Below are positions 10,625 to 21,172 of a stretch of DNA of 64,000 bases, piece after piece. The position numbers were made by a program, and so were the translations under genes. Under the pieces are notes generated by a model. The model had not been told where the DNA came from and searched no databases. It worked only from the letters and a program-made list of their open reading frames with translations. The DNA is taken from NCBI GenBank assembly GCA_965203295.1, contig CBDBCZ010000019.1, forward strand, positions 2,400,001 to 2,464,000. The letters are read 5' to 3'. This DNA comes from Nitrospirales bacterium (lineage in GTDB: Bacteria; Nitrospirota; Nitrospiria; Nitrospirales; UBA8639). Positions within the stretch are counted from its first letter, which is position 1; each line of letters begins with the position of its first letter.

Positions 10625-11866
10625 CTAATCAAACATCCATCCCTTCATACGTCCAAAAACGCCACTAAATCCTTTGTCGCCCTTTCGGCAGCCTATTAAG
10701 CCGGCTGGTTCAAACTCCTGACCGCACGAATGCGCATGTAAGATTAATCCAACTCCAGTGGAAAACATGGGGTTGCTGACGATATCACGCAATCCCCCCA
10801 CTCCAGATGGAATGCCACTTCGGGCGGGAAGATCGAGCACACGTTCCGTCGCTTCAGGCATGCCTTCCAGTAGTGACGTTCCCCCCGTGATGACCGCCCC
10901 CGCTGCTAATTTCCCTTCATACCCAGCCAAGCGAATTTGATTCAGAACCAGGTCAAAGATTTCTTCAACTCGAGGCTCGATAATCCTAGCAATTTCCCGT
11001 TTAGAGATATTTCTTGGAGGCCGGCCACCGACACTCGGGACCTGAACGCACTCAGAGTCCTTGACCATATCTGTCAACGCGACACCTTGACGAATCTTAA
11101 TTTTTTCGGCATCCCCATGAGCCGTTCGCAAACCGATTTGTAAATCTGACGTCACGTGTTGGCCTCCTACGGGCAACACCGCCGAATGGCTAATGCTTCC
11201 TTCTGAAAAAATGGCTAAGTCAGTCGTTCCGCCTCCTAAATCCACCATGACCACACCTAGCTCTTTTTCTTCTTCTGTTATTACAGCATCGCTTGACGCA
11301 AGGGGTTGAAGAACAACATCAACCACACCAAGGCCAGCTCGATTCACACACTTGACCAGGTTCTGAGCCGAGGTCACCGCCCCAGTCACAATATGGACAT
11401 CCACTTCCAACCGCGAACCGGATATGCCAACCGGTTCACGAATTCCTATCTGGTCGTCTACAATAAACTCCCGAGGAAGCACATGGAGGATCTGCCGGTC
11501 TTGCGGCACGACGGTTGTCGTACGAGCTGTATCGATCGCCCGCTGCACATCAGATCGAGAGACTTCCTGCTTCTTCAGCGCAACGACGCCATGAGCACTT
11601 TCACTGGAAATATGGCTCCCAGCAATTCCGATGTGAACGGAATTGATTTGCACCGCAGCCATGAGTTCGGCTTCTTCCACCGCTTTCCTTATTGAGTCCA
11701 CGGTGGCGTCAATATTGACCACCACTCCCTTTCGTAACCCACGGGACGGGCTGGATCCCACTCCAATGACGTTGACCACATCATCATCGATCACCTCTCC
11801 GACAATCGCACAGATCTTTGTTGTGCCGATGTCAAGTCCAACAACAATGTTCTCTTTCTTGGCCAT
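10625..11866 (-). CDS. ftsA: cell division protein FtsA
   Basis: GLDIGTTKI, DLGGGTTD, ITGGTS; C-terminal amphipathic helix. Confidence 0.97.
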   Translation of the reverse strand: MAKKENIVVGLDIGTTKICAIVGEVIDDDVVNVIGVGSSPSRGLRKGVVVNIDATVDSIRKAVEEAELMAAVQINSVHIGIAGSHISSESAHGVVALKKQEVSRSDVQRAIDTARTTTVVPQDRQILHVLPREFIVDDQIGIREPVGISGSRLEVDVHIVTGAVTSAQNLVKCVNRAGLGVVDVVLQPLASSDAVITEEEKELGVVMVDLGGGTTDLAIFSEGSISHSAVLPVGGQHVTSDLQIGLRTAHGDAEKIKIRQGVALTDMVKDSECVQVPSVGGRPPRNISKREIARIIEPRVEEIFDLVLNQIRLAGYEGKLAAGAVITGGTSLLEGMPEATERVLDLPARSGIPSGVGGLRDIVSNPMFSTGVGLILHAHSCGQEFEPAGLIGCRKGDKGFSGVFGRMKGWMFD

Positions 11867-11875
11867 GGTCTTTTG

Positions 11876-12709
11876 TCACCCCCTCTGCCGGAAGATCACC
11901 TTTCTCGGGTATCGGAGATCAATTTCTTTCCACTCCGATTTGTTTTTGGCATGGATAGTAGAGTTTAACAACTGATACCGTTTCCATTGACTTTCGGGCT
12001 CCGCCCCAAATTGGAAACGAACCCCTTGGACGTCTGCAAAAATTTCGTCAGGACTCTTGATCTGTACGACCGGCTTTGATTCAAATCGTTGGAGAACCCA
12101 ACCCGCTACCTTCATTCCCTTTTGCAATGTGCGTTGTGAACCCGGATCCTCATTGAGGAGAAGAGTCGGGTTGATTCCTTCCAGTATGGGGAGGTCTGTT
12201 TGCTCAGGACGGACCCTGTTGGACAAAACTATTCCGCTTTGATCAAGGACCATCATCTGGGTTCCATACCGGAGAATCGCTGCAGGACGACGTTCACGAA
12301 TGGCAACCGTGACAGTATCCGGCAACACCCTACCGACGACGACTGAATCGATCCAAGGATGGGATTCCAGTCGCTGACTTAAAAGCGAGAGATCAATGTC
12401 GAACAAAGTGGAACCAGGAGGAAGTGCAAGCCGGTCAATGATTTCACCTCGGTTCATTCGCTCCAACCCTGTGACGGAAATGTGATGAACCGTCGTCCAG
12501 GAAGCTAACACCGGTTGAACCTGTTGATATCCAACCGTGCCAGCTAACGCCATGAGCACGAAGACCATCGCCAGGATTCGTACAGAGTAACCAGTTCGCT
12601 GTTTTCGGTGTCTCCGAGTTCGTCGGCCACCAGATCTCCTTTTCTTTATCAAGGACGCAAGAAGACCTAGCTTTTTAGCGTTTCTTCGACTCATTTCCTT
12701 GCCTATCAC
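11876..12709 (-). CDS. ftsQ: cell division protein FtsQ
   Basis: Basic N-terminus, TM helix, POTRA-like LESHPWI...PDTVTVAIRERRP, IDLRY; between ddl and ftsA. Confidence 0.9.
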   Translation of the reverse strand: MIGKEMSRRNAKKLGLLASLIKKRRSGGRRTRRHRKQRTGYSVRILAMVFVLMALAGTVGYQQVQPVLASWTTVHHISVTGLERMNRGEIIDRLALPPGSTLFDIDLSLLSQRLESHPWIDSVVVGRVLPDTVTVAIRERRPAAILRYGTQMMVLDQSGIVLSNRVRPEQTDLPILEGINPTLLLNEDPGSQRTLQKGMKVAGWVLQRFESKPVVQIKSPDEIFADVQGVRFQFGAEPESQWKRYQLLNSTIHAKNKSEWKEIDLRYPRKVIFRQRG

Positions 12710-13659
12710 ATCCGGCGAAAAGTGGTGCCTTTTCTTTTGGCTCGTCCCCGTCTTAGGGCCGATTGAAGAATTTTTTCTGTGAGTGCTCCATAATCCATAC
12801 CAGCTTGCAAGGCTGCCATGGGCAACAGGCTTCGCTGGGTCATCCCAGGAATCGTATTAATTTCTAAAAAAAACGGGCGCCCTTGAGGGCTCAATCTAAA
12901 ATCAACGCGGGCTGCTCCTTCGCAACCCACCCCAGCATAAGATCGGACGGCTAGATCTCGAAGCCGTGTTATCGTTGATCCCGATAGTTGAGGAGGACAT
13001 TGGTACGATGTTTCATCTTTTTCGTACTTTGCAGCATAATCGTAAAAACCACCAGGAGCCAAAATTTCCACAGGCGGCAGCAACTCCCCATCTACGACAG
13101 ACATCGCCAGTTCCCTCCCAGGAACATAGGTTTCGACAAAGATTTCATCCCCCTGCCGGAAAGCTCGTCGCAAAGCAGCTGCCCATTCCGATCGACGGCG
13201 AACGATTGAAACACCGATGGTTGATCCTTGCGCTACCGGCTTCACAACAAAGGGGAAGCAAGAATCAGAAGGAGGAGTGGGTGGTTTTTTGGTTCTTGAT
13301 AGAATTCGCCCTTCCGGTACGGGAACCCCGTGGGTTTTAAGAAGTCTTTTTGTCATGGGCTTATCCATTGCCAACGCACTGGCCAACACCCCAGAGCCTG
13401 TATATGGGATCCTGAGCACTTCCAATAACCCTTGGACATTCCCATCTTCATCCCCTGGGCCATGTAACGCGAGAAAAGCCATTTCCACTCTTTTGGACCG
13501 CAACTGCCAAGGCAATGACGGATCAACATCGATTTGAACCACGTTATATTTCTTCCCGCGCAGCACCTCATAGATGGCTTTTCCTGTCTTTAAAGAAACC
13601 GGTCGTTCGGCGGAGCCCCCTCCCATCAACACCCCGATTCGAGCTTGCGTTAACGGCAC
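12706..13659 (-). CDS. ddl: D-alanine--D-alanine ligase
   Basis: GGGSAERPVSL, LHGPGDEDG, YDYAAKY, LEINTIPGMT. Confidence 0.96.
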   Translation of the reverse strand: MPLTQARIGVLMGGGSAERPVSLKTGKAIYEVLRGKKYNVVQIDVDPSLPWQLRSKRVEMAFLALHGPGDEDGNVQGLLEVLRIPYTGSGVLASALAMDKPMTKRLLKTHGVPVPEGRILSRTKKPPTPPSDSCFPFVVKPVAQGSTIGVSIVRRRSEWAAALRRAFRQGDEIFVETYVPGRELAMSVVDGELLPPVEILAPGGFYDYAAKYEKDETSYQCPPQLSGSTITRLRDLAVRSYAGVGCEGAARVDFRLSPQGRPFFLEINTIPGMTQRSLLPMAALQAGMDYGALTEKILQSALRRGRAKRKGTTFRRM

Positions 13660-13720
13660 TGGGCTAGACTCCTCTCAACCCTTCTGGGTTTCTGACAACC
13701 AACCATTTAAAAATAGAGGC

Positions 13721-14635
13721 TTAGGGATCTCCAACAATTTGCAATTCCAATTCGAGAGTCACACCGGTTTGCTGAAAAACCGTTTGCTGAATTTTCTTGA
13801 TAAGGAGCAAGACATCTGTTGCTCGTGCCTGACCAACGTTGATGATAAAATTTGCATGCTTCTGTGAGACCTGGGCGTCTCCAATGCGAGTCCCTTTCAA
13901 GCCTGCTTTTTCGATCAATTCCCCAGCGGAGCTCTGTTCTGGATTTTTAAAGATTGATCCGGCATTGGGTCGTGTTAAGGGTTGAGTCGCCTTTCGGTAT
14001 TGAAGATAGGCCTGCGTCGCTGATCGAATTTTCGCTTTGGGAGCGTGAGTGAGCTGAAACCATGCTCCTGCCACGAATCCCGGCGGAAGGGAGGCTCGGC
14101 GGTAGGAAAAAGATATGGTTGAGGCTTCCAAAGTTTGGGGTTGTCCCTCAAGGGTCACAAACTGAACGGCTTTGAGCGCATCCTTCATTTCCCCTAAGTA
14201 GGTCCCAGCATTCATCACGACGCCCCCTCCGACCGTCCCAGGAATTCCTGCAGCCCACTCAAGGCCAGACAATGAACGGTTGATGGCATGCTGCATCAAA
14301 ACCGGCATGCGAACCCCAGCCTCTGCATAAAGAACATCTTGTCCTTCATCAGAGATTTCCACCATGTTTGAGAATGACACCACCATTCCCCGTATTCCTC
14401 TATCCTGAACAAGAACGTTCGTCCCGCCTAATGGAAATACTGGCACACCGATAGCATTCGATTGGTTCATTAAGACACACAGATCTTCAAGGTCCGCTGG
14501 TGTCACAAAGACGTCAGCTGGCCCTCCAATTTTAAGTGAGGTGAAATCCTTCAAAGGCACGTCAAAAGACACACCCCCTCGAATGTTGGCTACTGCCGAA
14601 AGCAGTTGACGATTGGTTGAGATTTGAGTTCTCAT
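13721..14635 (-). CDS. murB: UDP-N-acetylenolpyruvoylglucosamine reductase
   Basis: KIGGPAD, GIPGTVGG..MNAG, NAGSIFKNP, KHANFIIN; start chosen at ATG 14635. Confidence 0.95.
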   Translation of the reverse strand: MRTQISTNRQLLSAVANIRGGVSFDVPLKDFTSLKIGGPADVFVTPADLEDLCVLMNQSNAIGVPVFPLGGTNVLVQDRGIRGMVVSFSNMVEISDEGQDVLYAEAGVRMPVLMQHAINRSLSGLEWAAGIPGTVGGGVVMNAGTYLGEMKDALKAVQFVTLEGQPQTLEASTISFSYRRASLPPGFVAGAWFQLTHAPKAKIRSATQAYLQYRKATQPLTRPNAGSIFKNPEQSSAGELIEKAGLKGTRIGDAQVSQKHANFIINVGQARATDVLLLIKKIQQTVFQQTGVTLELELQIVGDP

Positions 14636-14688
14636 CCCTCGACGTGTTCTCACAGAACCGGTTGTTGGAAGGGGAAGCAGAGAGAGAT

Positions 14689-16068
14689 TCACAATCGCTC
14701 CAAAATTTCTACTCCTACCTTCCAAATATCACCAGCTCCTAAAGTCAACACCACATCTCCTGGACACAATTGCGATAGCACCGATTCAACCATGGTTTCT
14801 TTCTTTTCGATCCATGTGACCGAAAGGTGACCGGAAGCCTGGATTTTTTTGGTCAACTCTTTTCCTGATACTCCAGGAATCGGCTCTTCTCCGGCTGAAT
14901 AGATCTCTGTCACGAACACAAGGTCAGCTTGGGAAAAGACACCAGCGAATTCTTCGAAAAGATCGCGAGTCCTGGTGTATCGATGTGGTTGGAAGGCAAC
15001 GACCAAGCGACGCCCCCAGGCATCCTTGGCAGCCGACAGTGTCACCCGGATCTCGGTTGGATGATGGCCATAATCATCCAAGACTAAGATGTCGTTTTTC
15101 TCGCCCCGTACCTGAAATCGTCGTTCAACTCCTGTAAATCCAGCCAACCCCGATCGAATAAGTTCAAGGGGTATATCCAGCTCTAATGCCACGGCAATAG
15201 CGGCTAAGGCATTCGGAATATTATGGACTCCGGGGACGTTGAGCCGAAACGGCCAGATTTTTTTTCCCAGCAAATGAGCACGAAAATTCACCACGCCCCC
15301 ATCAGCCGAAATGTCGGTGGCAAGGATATCCGGTTCCAACTTCCCAGCTTGATGTTCGACTCCATAGGTCAAACAGCGCTTCAGCACCCTGGGCAAGAGT
15401 TTTCGAATCCGTTCGTCGTCAGCGCAGAGAATAACTAAACCATAAAAAGGCACCTTGTTCATAAATTCCAAGAAGGCCTCTTCCAGACGCTCCATGGTGC
15501 CGTAATGGTCAAGATGTTCACGATCCATATTCGTGACCACGACGATCGATGGAGAAAGCCGTAAAAAAGACCCATCGCTCTCATCAGCTTCAGCAATGAG
15601 TAAATCACTTCGCCCAAGCCTGGCGTGAGTTCCCACCGCATTGACCTTCCCTCCCACGACAAAGGTGGGATCCAAGCCTGCCTGGGCAAGGACAGAAGCG
15701 ATTAGTGACGTGGTGGTCGTCTTTCCATGGGCTCCAGCAACCGCGACTCCAAATTTTAGGCGCATAAGCTCCGCAAGCATTTCTGCTCTTGAGATCACAG
15801 GGATGTTCAATCGCCGAGCCTCCATCACTTCAGGATTCGTTGATTGAACCGCAGAGGAAGTCACGACAACTTGGGCACCCTTCACATGGGATTCACGATG
15901 ACCGATGAAAACTTCTCCCCCAAGCGTTTCCAACCGACGTATATTGTCGGAATGGGATACATCAGACCCCGTCACTTTGTAGCCAAGGGTGAGGAGTACC
16001 TCCGCAATACCGCTCATTCCACTCCCGCCAATCCCCACCAAATGAATGTGTCGAGTCTTTCTAAACAT
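14689..16068 (-). CDS. murC: UDP-N-acetylmuramate--L-alanine ligase
   Basis: GIGGSGMSGIA, GAHGKTTTT, EADESDGSF, DDYGHHPTEI, FQPHRYTRT. Confidence 0.97.
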   Translation of the reverse strand: MFRKTRHIHLVGIGGSGMSGIAEVLLTLGYKVTGSDVSHSDNIRRLETLGGEVFIGHRESHVKGAQVVVTSSAVQSTNPEVMEARRLNIPVISRAEMLAELMRLKFGVAVAGAHGKTTTTSLIASVLAQAGLDPTFVVGGKVNAVGTHARLGRSDLLIAEADESDGSFLRLSPSIVVVTNMDREHLDHYGTMERLEEAFLEFMNKVPFYGLVILCADDERIRKLLPRVLKRCLTYGVEHQAGKLEPDILATDISADGGVVNFRAHLLGKKIWPFRLNVPGVHNIPNALAAIAVALELDIPLELIRSGLAGFTGVERRFQVRGEKNDILVLDDYGHHPTEIRVTLSAAKDAWGRRLVVAFQPHRYTRTRDLFEEFAGVFSQADLVFVTEIYSAGEEPIPGVSGKELTKKIQASGHLSVTWIEKKETMVESVLSQLCPGDVVLTLGAGDIWKVGVEILERL

Positions 16069-16179
16069 GTTCGGATACGACCCACATGAAACTCCTTACC
16101 GTCACCCGACAATGAGATCGTCGATCAAAAACAAAACATTGTTCAAAATGGACTCTTGGAACCACAGCGTTTTCACCTA

Positions 16180-17268
16180 TCACCGCGACGCAGGATGTCC
16201 TGCTAACGCAAGACATTCTCGGACCATAATTTCTGCAGAGTCGGTTCTCCTCAGTGAACGGCTTCTCTGTGCCATGATCTTCACATGATCAGGACTCTTA
16301 AACAGGGCCTCTAGTTCCGCAACGAGTCGTTTTGCTGTCAATTCTGCTTGGGGAATCACGACCGCGGCTCCTGCTTGTTCCATCACCCTGGCGTTTTTTT
16401 CCTGATGGTTATGAGCGGCATGCGGAAACGGGATTAAAATAGCCGCTTTCCCGCACGCGGATAGCTCCGCCAAGGTCAACGCTCCACAGCGCGACACTAC
16501 TAAATCTGCAGAACGGAGTGTGGCTGGCATATCACTGATAAAGGAGACAACTTGAGCATGGACCCCGACAGCGGCATAGGCCATGGTGATTCGGTCAACA
16601 TCATCTGCTCCTGTTTGGTGAATGAGGTTGAGATCTTCCCGAACCACTTTGGATATCTCCAATGCTTCAATAACCGCCGAATTAATCGCACGTGCACCTT
16701 GACTGCCACCACAGATGAGCACCGTCCGCACTCGATCAGGCGAGGGAGACGGTTCCTGCTGGAGGAATGCTTTCCTAATCGGGACACCAACGGTGCGAAC
16801 CTTCGAGGGATTAAAGAACTGTTTTGCCGCTTCAAAAGAAAGAAAGATTCGATCGGCTAAAGGCCCCATTATTCTGTTGGCTAGCCCAGGAACGGCATTT
16901 GGTTCAAGCAACGCTCTCCGAATTCCAAGGAAAAAAGCCGCAATCACGACAGGAGGGCTTGTGTACCCTCCGGTACCAATGACCACATCCGCACAACGTG
17001 CTCGAAGCAAACGCATCGCTCGCCAAATCGCTCCAGGAATGAGCATAAGACCGATCAAGGAATCTCGGAGACTTCGACCAACGATTCCTCGCACATAAAG
17101 AGTTTCCAATTGAATTTCACTCTCTTGTAACATCGTCCGCTCTAGGTGGCGTCCCGTCCCCACCAATGTGACGGAGGCCATCGGATCCTGCCGATAAAAC
17201 TCCTCGGCTAAGACAATCGCCGGAAACATGTGCCCACCTGTCCCCCCAGAAGCAATCACGACATTCAT
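16180..17268 (-). CDS. murG: MurG glycosyltransferase
   Basis: GGTGGHMFPA, GGY, GGSQGA, HQEKNA; start ATG 17268 overlaps the ftsW stop. Confidence 0.96.
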   Translation of the reverse strand: MNVVIASGGTGGHMFPAIVLAEEFYRQDPMASVTLVGTGRHLERTMLQESEIQLETLYVRGIVGRSLRDSLIGLMLIPGAIWRAMRLLRARCADVVIGTGGYTSPPVVIAAFFLGIRRALLEPNAVPGLANRIMGPLADRIFLSFEAAKQFFNPSKVRTVGVPIRKAFLQQEPSPSPDRVRTVLICGGSQGARAINSAVIEALEISKVVREDLNLIHQTGADDVDRITMAYAAVGVHAQVVSFISDMPATLRSADLVVSRCGALTLAELSACGKAAILIPFPHAAHNHQEKNARVMEQAGAAVVIPQAELTAKRLVAELEALFKSPDHVKIMAQRSRSLRRTDSAEIMVRECLALAGHPASR

Positions 17269-18455
17269 CGAGACAACCTTGACCTTGGAGTTCCTGAAAG
17301 ACTTTCTCCACGGGATACACTCAGTAATAAACCAATGGCAAACATCGTCGTGACTAAGGAAGACCCGCCATAGCTCACCAATGGCAATGTTAAACCCTTG
17401 GTTGGCAACAGCCCGGTTACCACTCCCATGTTCATGAGGGCTTGGCCTCCGAGAAGCAACACGACTCCAAACCCCAAGAACCGCCCGAAAGGATCTTGTG
17501 AATAGTGCGCAATTTGACATCCTTTGAAGATGAAAATCCCCAATAACAGAATCAGTGCTCCTGTTCCTACGAAGCCCAACTCTTCGCCAATCAGAGCGAG
17601 GATAAAATCAGAATGTCCTTCAGGAAGAAAAAAGAGCTTCTGCTTACTTTCCCCTAAACCCACTCCCCAGAAGCCACCGCTTCCTAATGCCACGAAAGAT
17701 TGAGTTAACTGAAACCCCACACCCATCGAGTCCTGCCAAGGATCCAAAAAATTCAAAAAGCGGCGAAGCCGGTATTCTGACCCCCAAATCAGTGCTACGG
17801 TTGATAGGATAATGATCAAAAACAGCCCGCAGAGGTGCATCAAACGAGCTCCTCCCAAAAACAACAACTCCACCAATAGAAGACCCAAAATGACAGTCGT
17901 TCCAAAATCTGGTTCAAGGAGAACTAACCCTGCCATGCATCCCACCAAAACCACAGGGGGAAGAAATCCTGAAAAAAAGTCACAAACCTGATCTTCTTTG
18001 TTCGAAAGAAACGCAGCCAAATAAAGAAGAACGCTGACCTTGGCCATTTCCGCTGGTTGGAGCGAGACATCACCCACACGAAACCAACGGCGTGCTCCGT
18101 TCACTTCTACGCCAATGAACGGCACCAAGACGAGAATGAGCAAGATCATGATGATGCCATAGAGTGCAGGGATGAATGGCTTCCATCGTCTATAGTCAAC
18201 ATTCGCAACTCCATGCATGACCATGATTCCAAGGATTAACCATATGGCTTGGCGTTTAAAGAAAAACATGGAATCACCATAGCGGTTCTCCGCCATGACC
18301 CCACTCGCGCTGAAGATCATGACTAGCCCACTCAACGCCAACATATAGGTCACCCCCAATACCCATCGATCGGGAGAGAGAGGACCCCACTTGGTTGGCC
18401 GCGCACCTAACCATTCCAGAGACAATTGTGGTGCGTCAGAAATGGGTGGAGCCAT
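17265..18455 (-). CDS. ftsW: SEDS peptidoglycan polymerase FtsW
   Basis: GARRW, QPAE, EPDFGT, LPEGHSDFI, GLTLPLVSYGGSS. Confidence 0.96.
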   Translation of the reverse strand: MAPPISDAPQLSLEWLGARPTKWGPLSPDRWVLGVTYMLALSGLVMIFSASGVMAENRYGDSMFFFKRQAIWLILGIMVMHGVANVDYRRWKPFIPALYGIIMILLILVLVPFIGVEVNGARRWFRVGDVSLQPAEMAKVSVLLYLAAFLSNKEDQVCDFFSGFLPPVVLVGCMAGLVLLEPDFGTTVILGLLLVELLFLGGARLMHLCGLFLIIILSTVALIWGSEYRLRRFLNFLDPWQDSMGVGFQLTQSFVALGSGGFWGVGLGESKQKLFFLPEGHSDFILALIGEELGFVGTGALILLLGIFIFKGCQIAHYSQDPFGRFLGFGVVLLLGGQALMNMGVVTGLLPTKGLTLPLVSYGGSSLVTTMFAIGLLLSVSRGESLSGTPRSRLSR

Positions 18456-18485
18456 GATTCCTATATTCTCTCTCTACTAGAGCGT

Positions 18486-19958
18486 TCAAGATAACGCATT
18501 CACCGCATCACGAAATTGTTGCCCACGATCCTGATAATCCCGAAACATATCGAAGCTGGCGCAGGCCGGAGAGAGCAAGACGACCTGTCCAACTTCGGCT
18601 TTACGTGCCGCAACGTTCACAGCCTCTTGCAAACTTTCAACTTCGGTGAGAGCTTCGATACCTTCCAGCGCATCTTTGAGTCGAGATGCCGATTCTCCCA
18701 TGACAATGACGAGTTTCGCCCTCTGTTGAAGCGGTCTCCGTAATCGTGAAAAATCACTACCTTTATCTTTCCCACCGAGAATCACCAGAATCGGAAGGTC
18801 AAAACTTTCCAACGCCTTTAGGGTGGCATCAACATTGGTCCCTTTCGAGTCGTTCACAAACAGGACACCCTTTCGTTCCCTCACAATCTCCAACGCATGG
18901 GCAATCCCTCGAAACTCCTTGATTGTTCGTTGAATAACCTCAATGGGTGTTCGACATAACATCCCGATCGCCACAGCCCCACAAACATTGGCAAGATTAT
19001 GAGATCCACGGAGACCGACGTCCTTGACTGGCCCGACCTCCCACCGATCCCCGCCCATTCGGGCCACAATGGTCTTGCCTTCAAGATACACTCCTTCTCC
19101 AAGAGGGTTTTGAATACTAAACCCAACTTTTTCAGCATGGATCAGAGTGCCCATCTTCACAACAGTGGAATCATCCATATTCAACACTGCAAAATCATCT
19201 GACTCCTGGTTTTCAAAGATTCGGGCTTTTATCGCACGGTATTCCTCCACCGAAGCATGACGGTCTAGGTGGTCAAGAGTGACATTGAGGAGAACAGCGA
19301 CATGAGGATGAAAGTGTTGAATCGTCTCCAATTGAAAACTCGAAATTTCTGCCACAACCGCATCAAATAGCAAAGAGCCGTCACCGACTTCATTCATATT
19401 TCGAAAAGCTGACAAGGCTCCTTCACACAATGGAGTCCCGATGTTCCCACCCACAAATACTCGCTGCCCTGCCTGCTCCAACATCCTCGCAATCAGGGAC
19501 ACGACCGTACTTTTTCCATTTGTCCCGGTGACCGCGATCAAATTGCTGGGTAGAAACAATGAGGCAAGTTCCACTTCTCCAATCACAGGAATCCCTTCTT
19601 GACGAGCATCTTCCAAGATAGGTAGCGCACTGGGCACTCCAGGGCTAATGACAACAAGGTCGACATCTTCAAATCCGCGCCTAAAATCTTCTCCACAACA
19701 GACTTTGACTCTGGTCAGATCAAGCTGTTCGAGACGTTCAGAGAGGTCCAATCTCGGCCGTTGATCAGCAAGGCACACATGAGCTCCCACTGCCTTCAAA
19801 AGGTTATGGGCTGCGAATCCGCTCCTTCCCAAACCCACGACCGTGACGGATTTGTCTTTCAGCGACTCCCAATGAGATGAAGCTGTTCCGGGCACTTCAA
19901 TCACCACCCCACCGGATTCACGATCAATGCCGAAAATCCATCTGTGACTGTTCATCAT
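18486..19958 (-). CDS. murD: MurD ligase
   Basis: GTNGKST, EISSFQLE, DHLDRH, NDSKGTN, LLSPACASFD; exact start uncertain. Confidence 0.96.
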   Translation of the reverse strand: MMNSHRWIFGIDRESGGVVIEVPGTASSHWESLKDKSVTVVGLGRSGFAAHNLLKAVGAHVCLADQRPRLDLSERLEQLDLTRVKVCCGEDFRRGFEDVDLVVISPGVPSALPILEDARQEGIPVIGEVELASLFLPSNLIAVTGTNGKSTVVSLIARMLEQAGQRVFVGGNIGTPLCEGALSAFRNMNEVGDGSLLFDAVVAEISSFQLETIQHFHPHVAVLLNVTLDHLDRHASVEEYRAIKARIFENQESDDFAVLNMDDSTVVKMGTLIHAEKVGFSIQNPLGEGVYLEGKTIVARMGGDRWEVGPVKDVGLRGSHNLANVCGAVAIGMLCRTPIEVIQRTIKEFRGIAHALEIVRERKGVLFVNDSKGTNVDATLKALESFDLPILVILGGKDKGSDFSRLRRPLQQRAKLVIVMGESASRLKDALEGIEALTEVESLQEAVNVAARKAEVGQVVLLSPACASFDMFRDYQDRGQQFRDAVNALS

Positions 19959-19962
19959 CCTG

Positions 19963-21039
19963 TTAACGCAGCTTCAACGTGCTGAGACTTAACAGGCTCA
20001 AAATGATCGCGACAATCCACAGACGCACGACCACTTTCGGTTCTTCCCATCCCTTCATCTCATAATGATGGTGAAGCGGAGCCATTAAGAAGATCCGTTT
20101 CCCTCTTGATTTAAAGGAGAGGACTTGAAAAATCACTGACACGGCTTCCATGACAAACACTCCCCCAACGAGCATCAACAGCAATTCATGCTTGCTCACG
20201 ACAGCCACGGTACCAAGCGCAGCCCCAAGAGGAAGCGATCCGACATCTCCCATGAACACCGACGCCGGATAGGTATTAAACCACAAAAAGCCCAAACTGG
20301 CTCCAAAAATTGATGCCATTAACACCGAAAGCTCACCAGCCCCTTCAATGTAAGGAATGAGGAGATACTCGGAGACCACTTTGTTCCCAGCCGCATAGGC
20401 TACGACCGTATACGCCACTGACGCGACCATGACGGGTCCTACTGCAAGCCCATCCAGACCATCCGTTAAATTCACAGCATTGGAACAGCCGACAATCACT
20501 AAGACCGCGAACGGAATATAGAAATAGCTAAGATCTGGGGTGAACGTTTTAAAAAATGGCACACTGAGTTCAGTGGAATAGGCAGGGGAAGAATAAAAAA
20601 CTAATCCAATACCAAGTGCGACACAGATCTGAGCAGCTAATTTCTGTAAGACGGTGAGGCCTTTTGAGCGACTCTTTGAGATCTTGAGGTAGTCATCGAC
20701 AAACCCCACCAGTCCAAATCCCGCCATTGCCAACATCACTAACCACACATACAGGTTTGTCACATTTGCCCACAACAAGGTTGACAACAACACGGAAAAG
20801 ATAATCAAAATCCCTCCCATGGTTGGGGTCCCTTCCTTAATCTGATGTCCACTTGGCCCTTCCTCACGCACTCGTTGCCCCAAACCAAGTTTTTGAAGCT
20901 TTCTGATCATGGGAGGTGCTAGGACAAAAGCAATCACGAAGGCGGTGACCGCTGCATAAATGATTCGAAAACTCAGATAGCGAAAGACATTAAAAGCGGA
21001 AATCTGGGTATGAAGGGGATACAACCACAAATATAGCAT
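19963..21039 (-). CDS. mraY: phospho-N-acetylmuramoyl-pentapeptide transferase
   Basis: TPTMGG, DDYLK, NLTDGLDGL, FMGDVGS, MAPLHHH. Confidence 0.98.
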   Translation of the reverse strand: MLYLWLYPLHTQISAFNVFRYLSFRIIYAAVTAFVIAFVLAPPMIRKLQKLGLGQRVREEGPSGHQIKEGTPTMGGILIIFSVLLSTLLWANVTNLYVWLVMLAMAGFGLVGFVDDYLKISKSRSKGLTVLQKLAAQICVALGIGLVFYSSPAYSTELSVPFFKTFTPDLSYFYIPFAVLVIVGCSNAVNLTDGLDGLAVGPVMVASVAYTVVAYAAGNKVVSEYLLIPYIEGAGELSVLMASIFGASLGFLWFNTYPASVFMGDVGSLPLGAALGTVAVVSKHELLLMLVGGVFVMEAVSVIFQVLSFKSRGKRIFLMAPLHHHYEMKGWEEPKVVVRLWIVAIILSLLSLSTLKLR

Positions 21040-21172
21040 TGCGACCTATCCTTCCCTTTCTCTCGAAAGACAAATCCTTTTCCCTCTCAGAAGCGTTCTA
21101 GATGGAACACATTTGCGTAAAACGGGACAATAATCCAAGTTCTCACCCATCGATTCCATCGCTGCTTGCTCC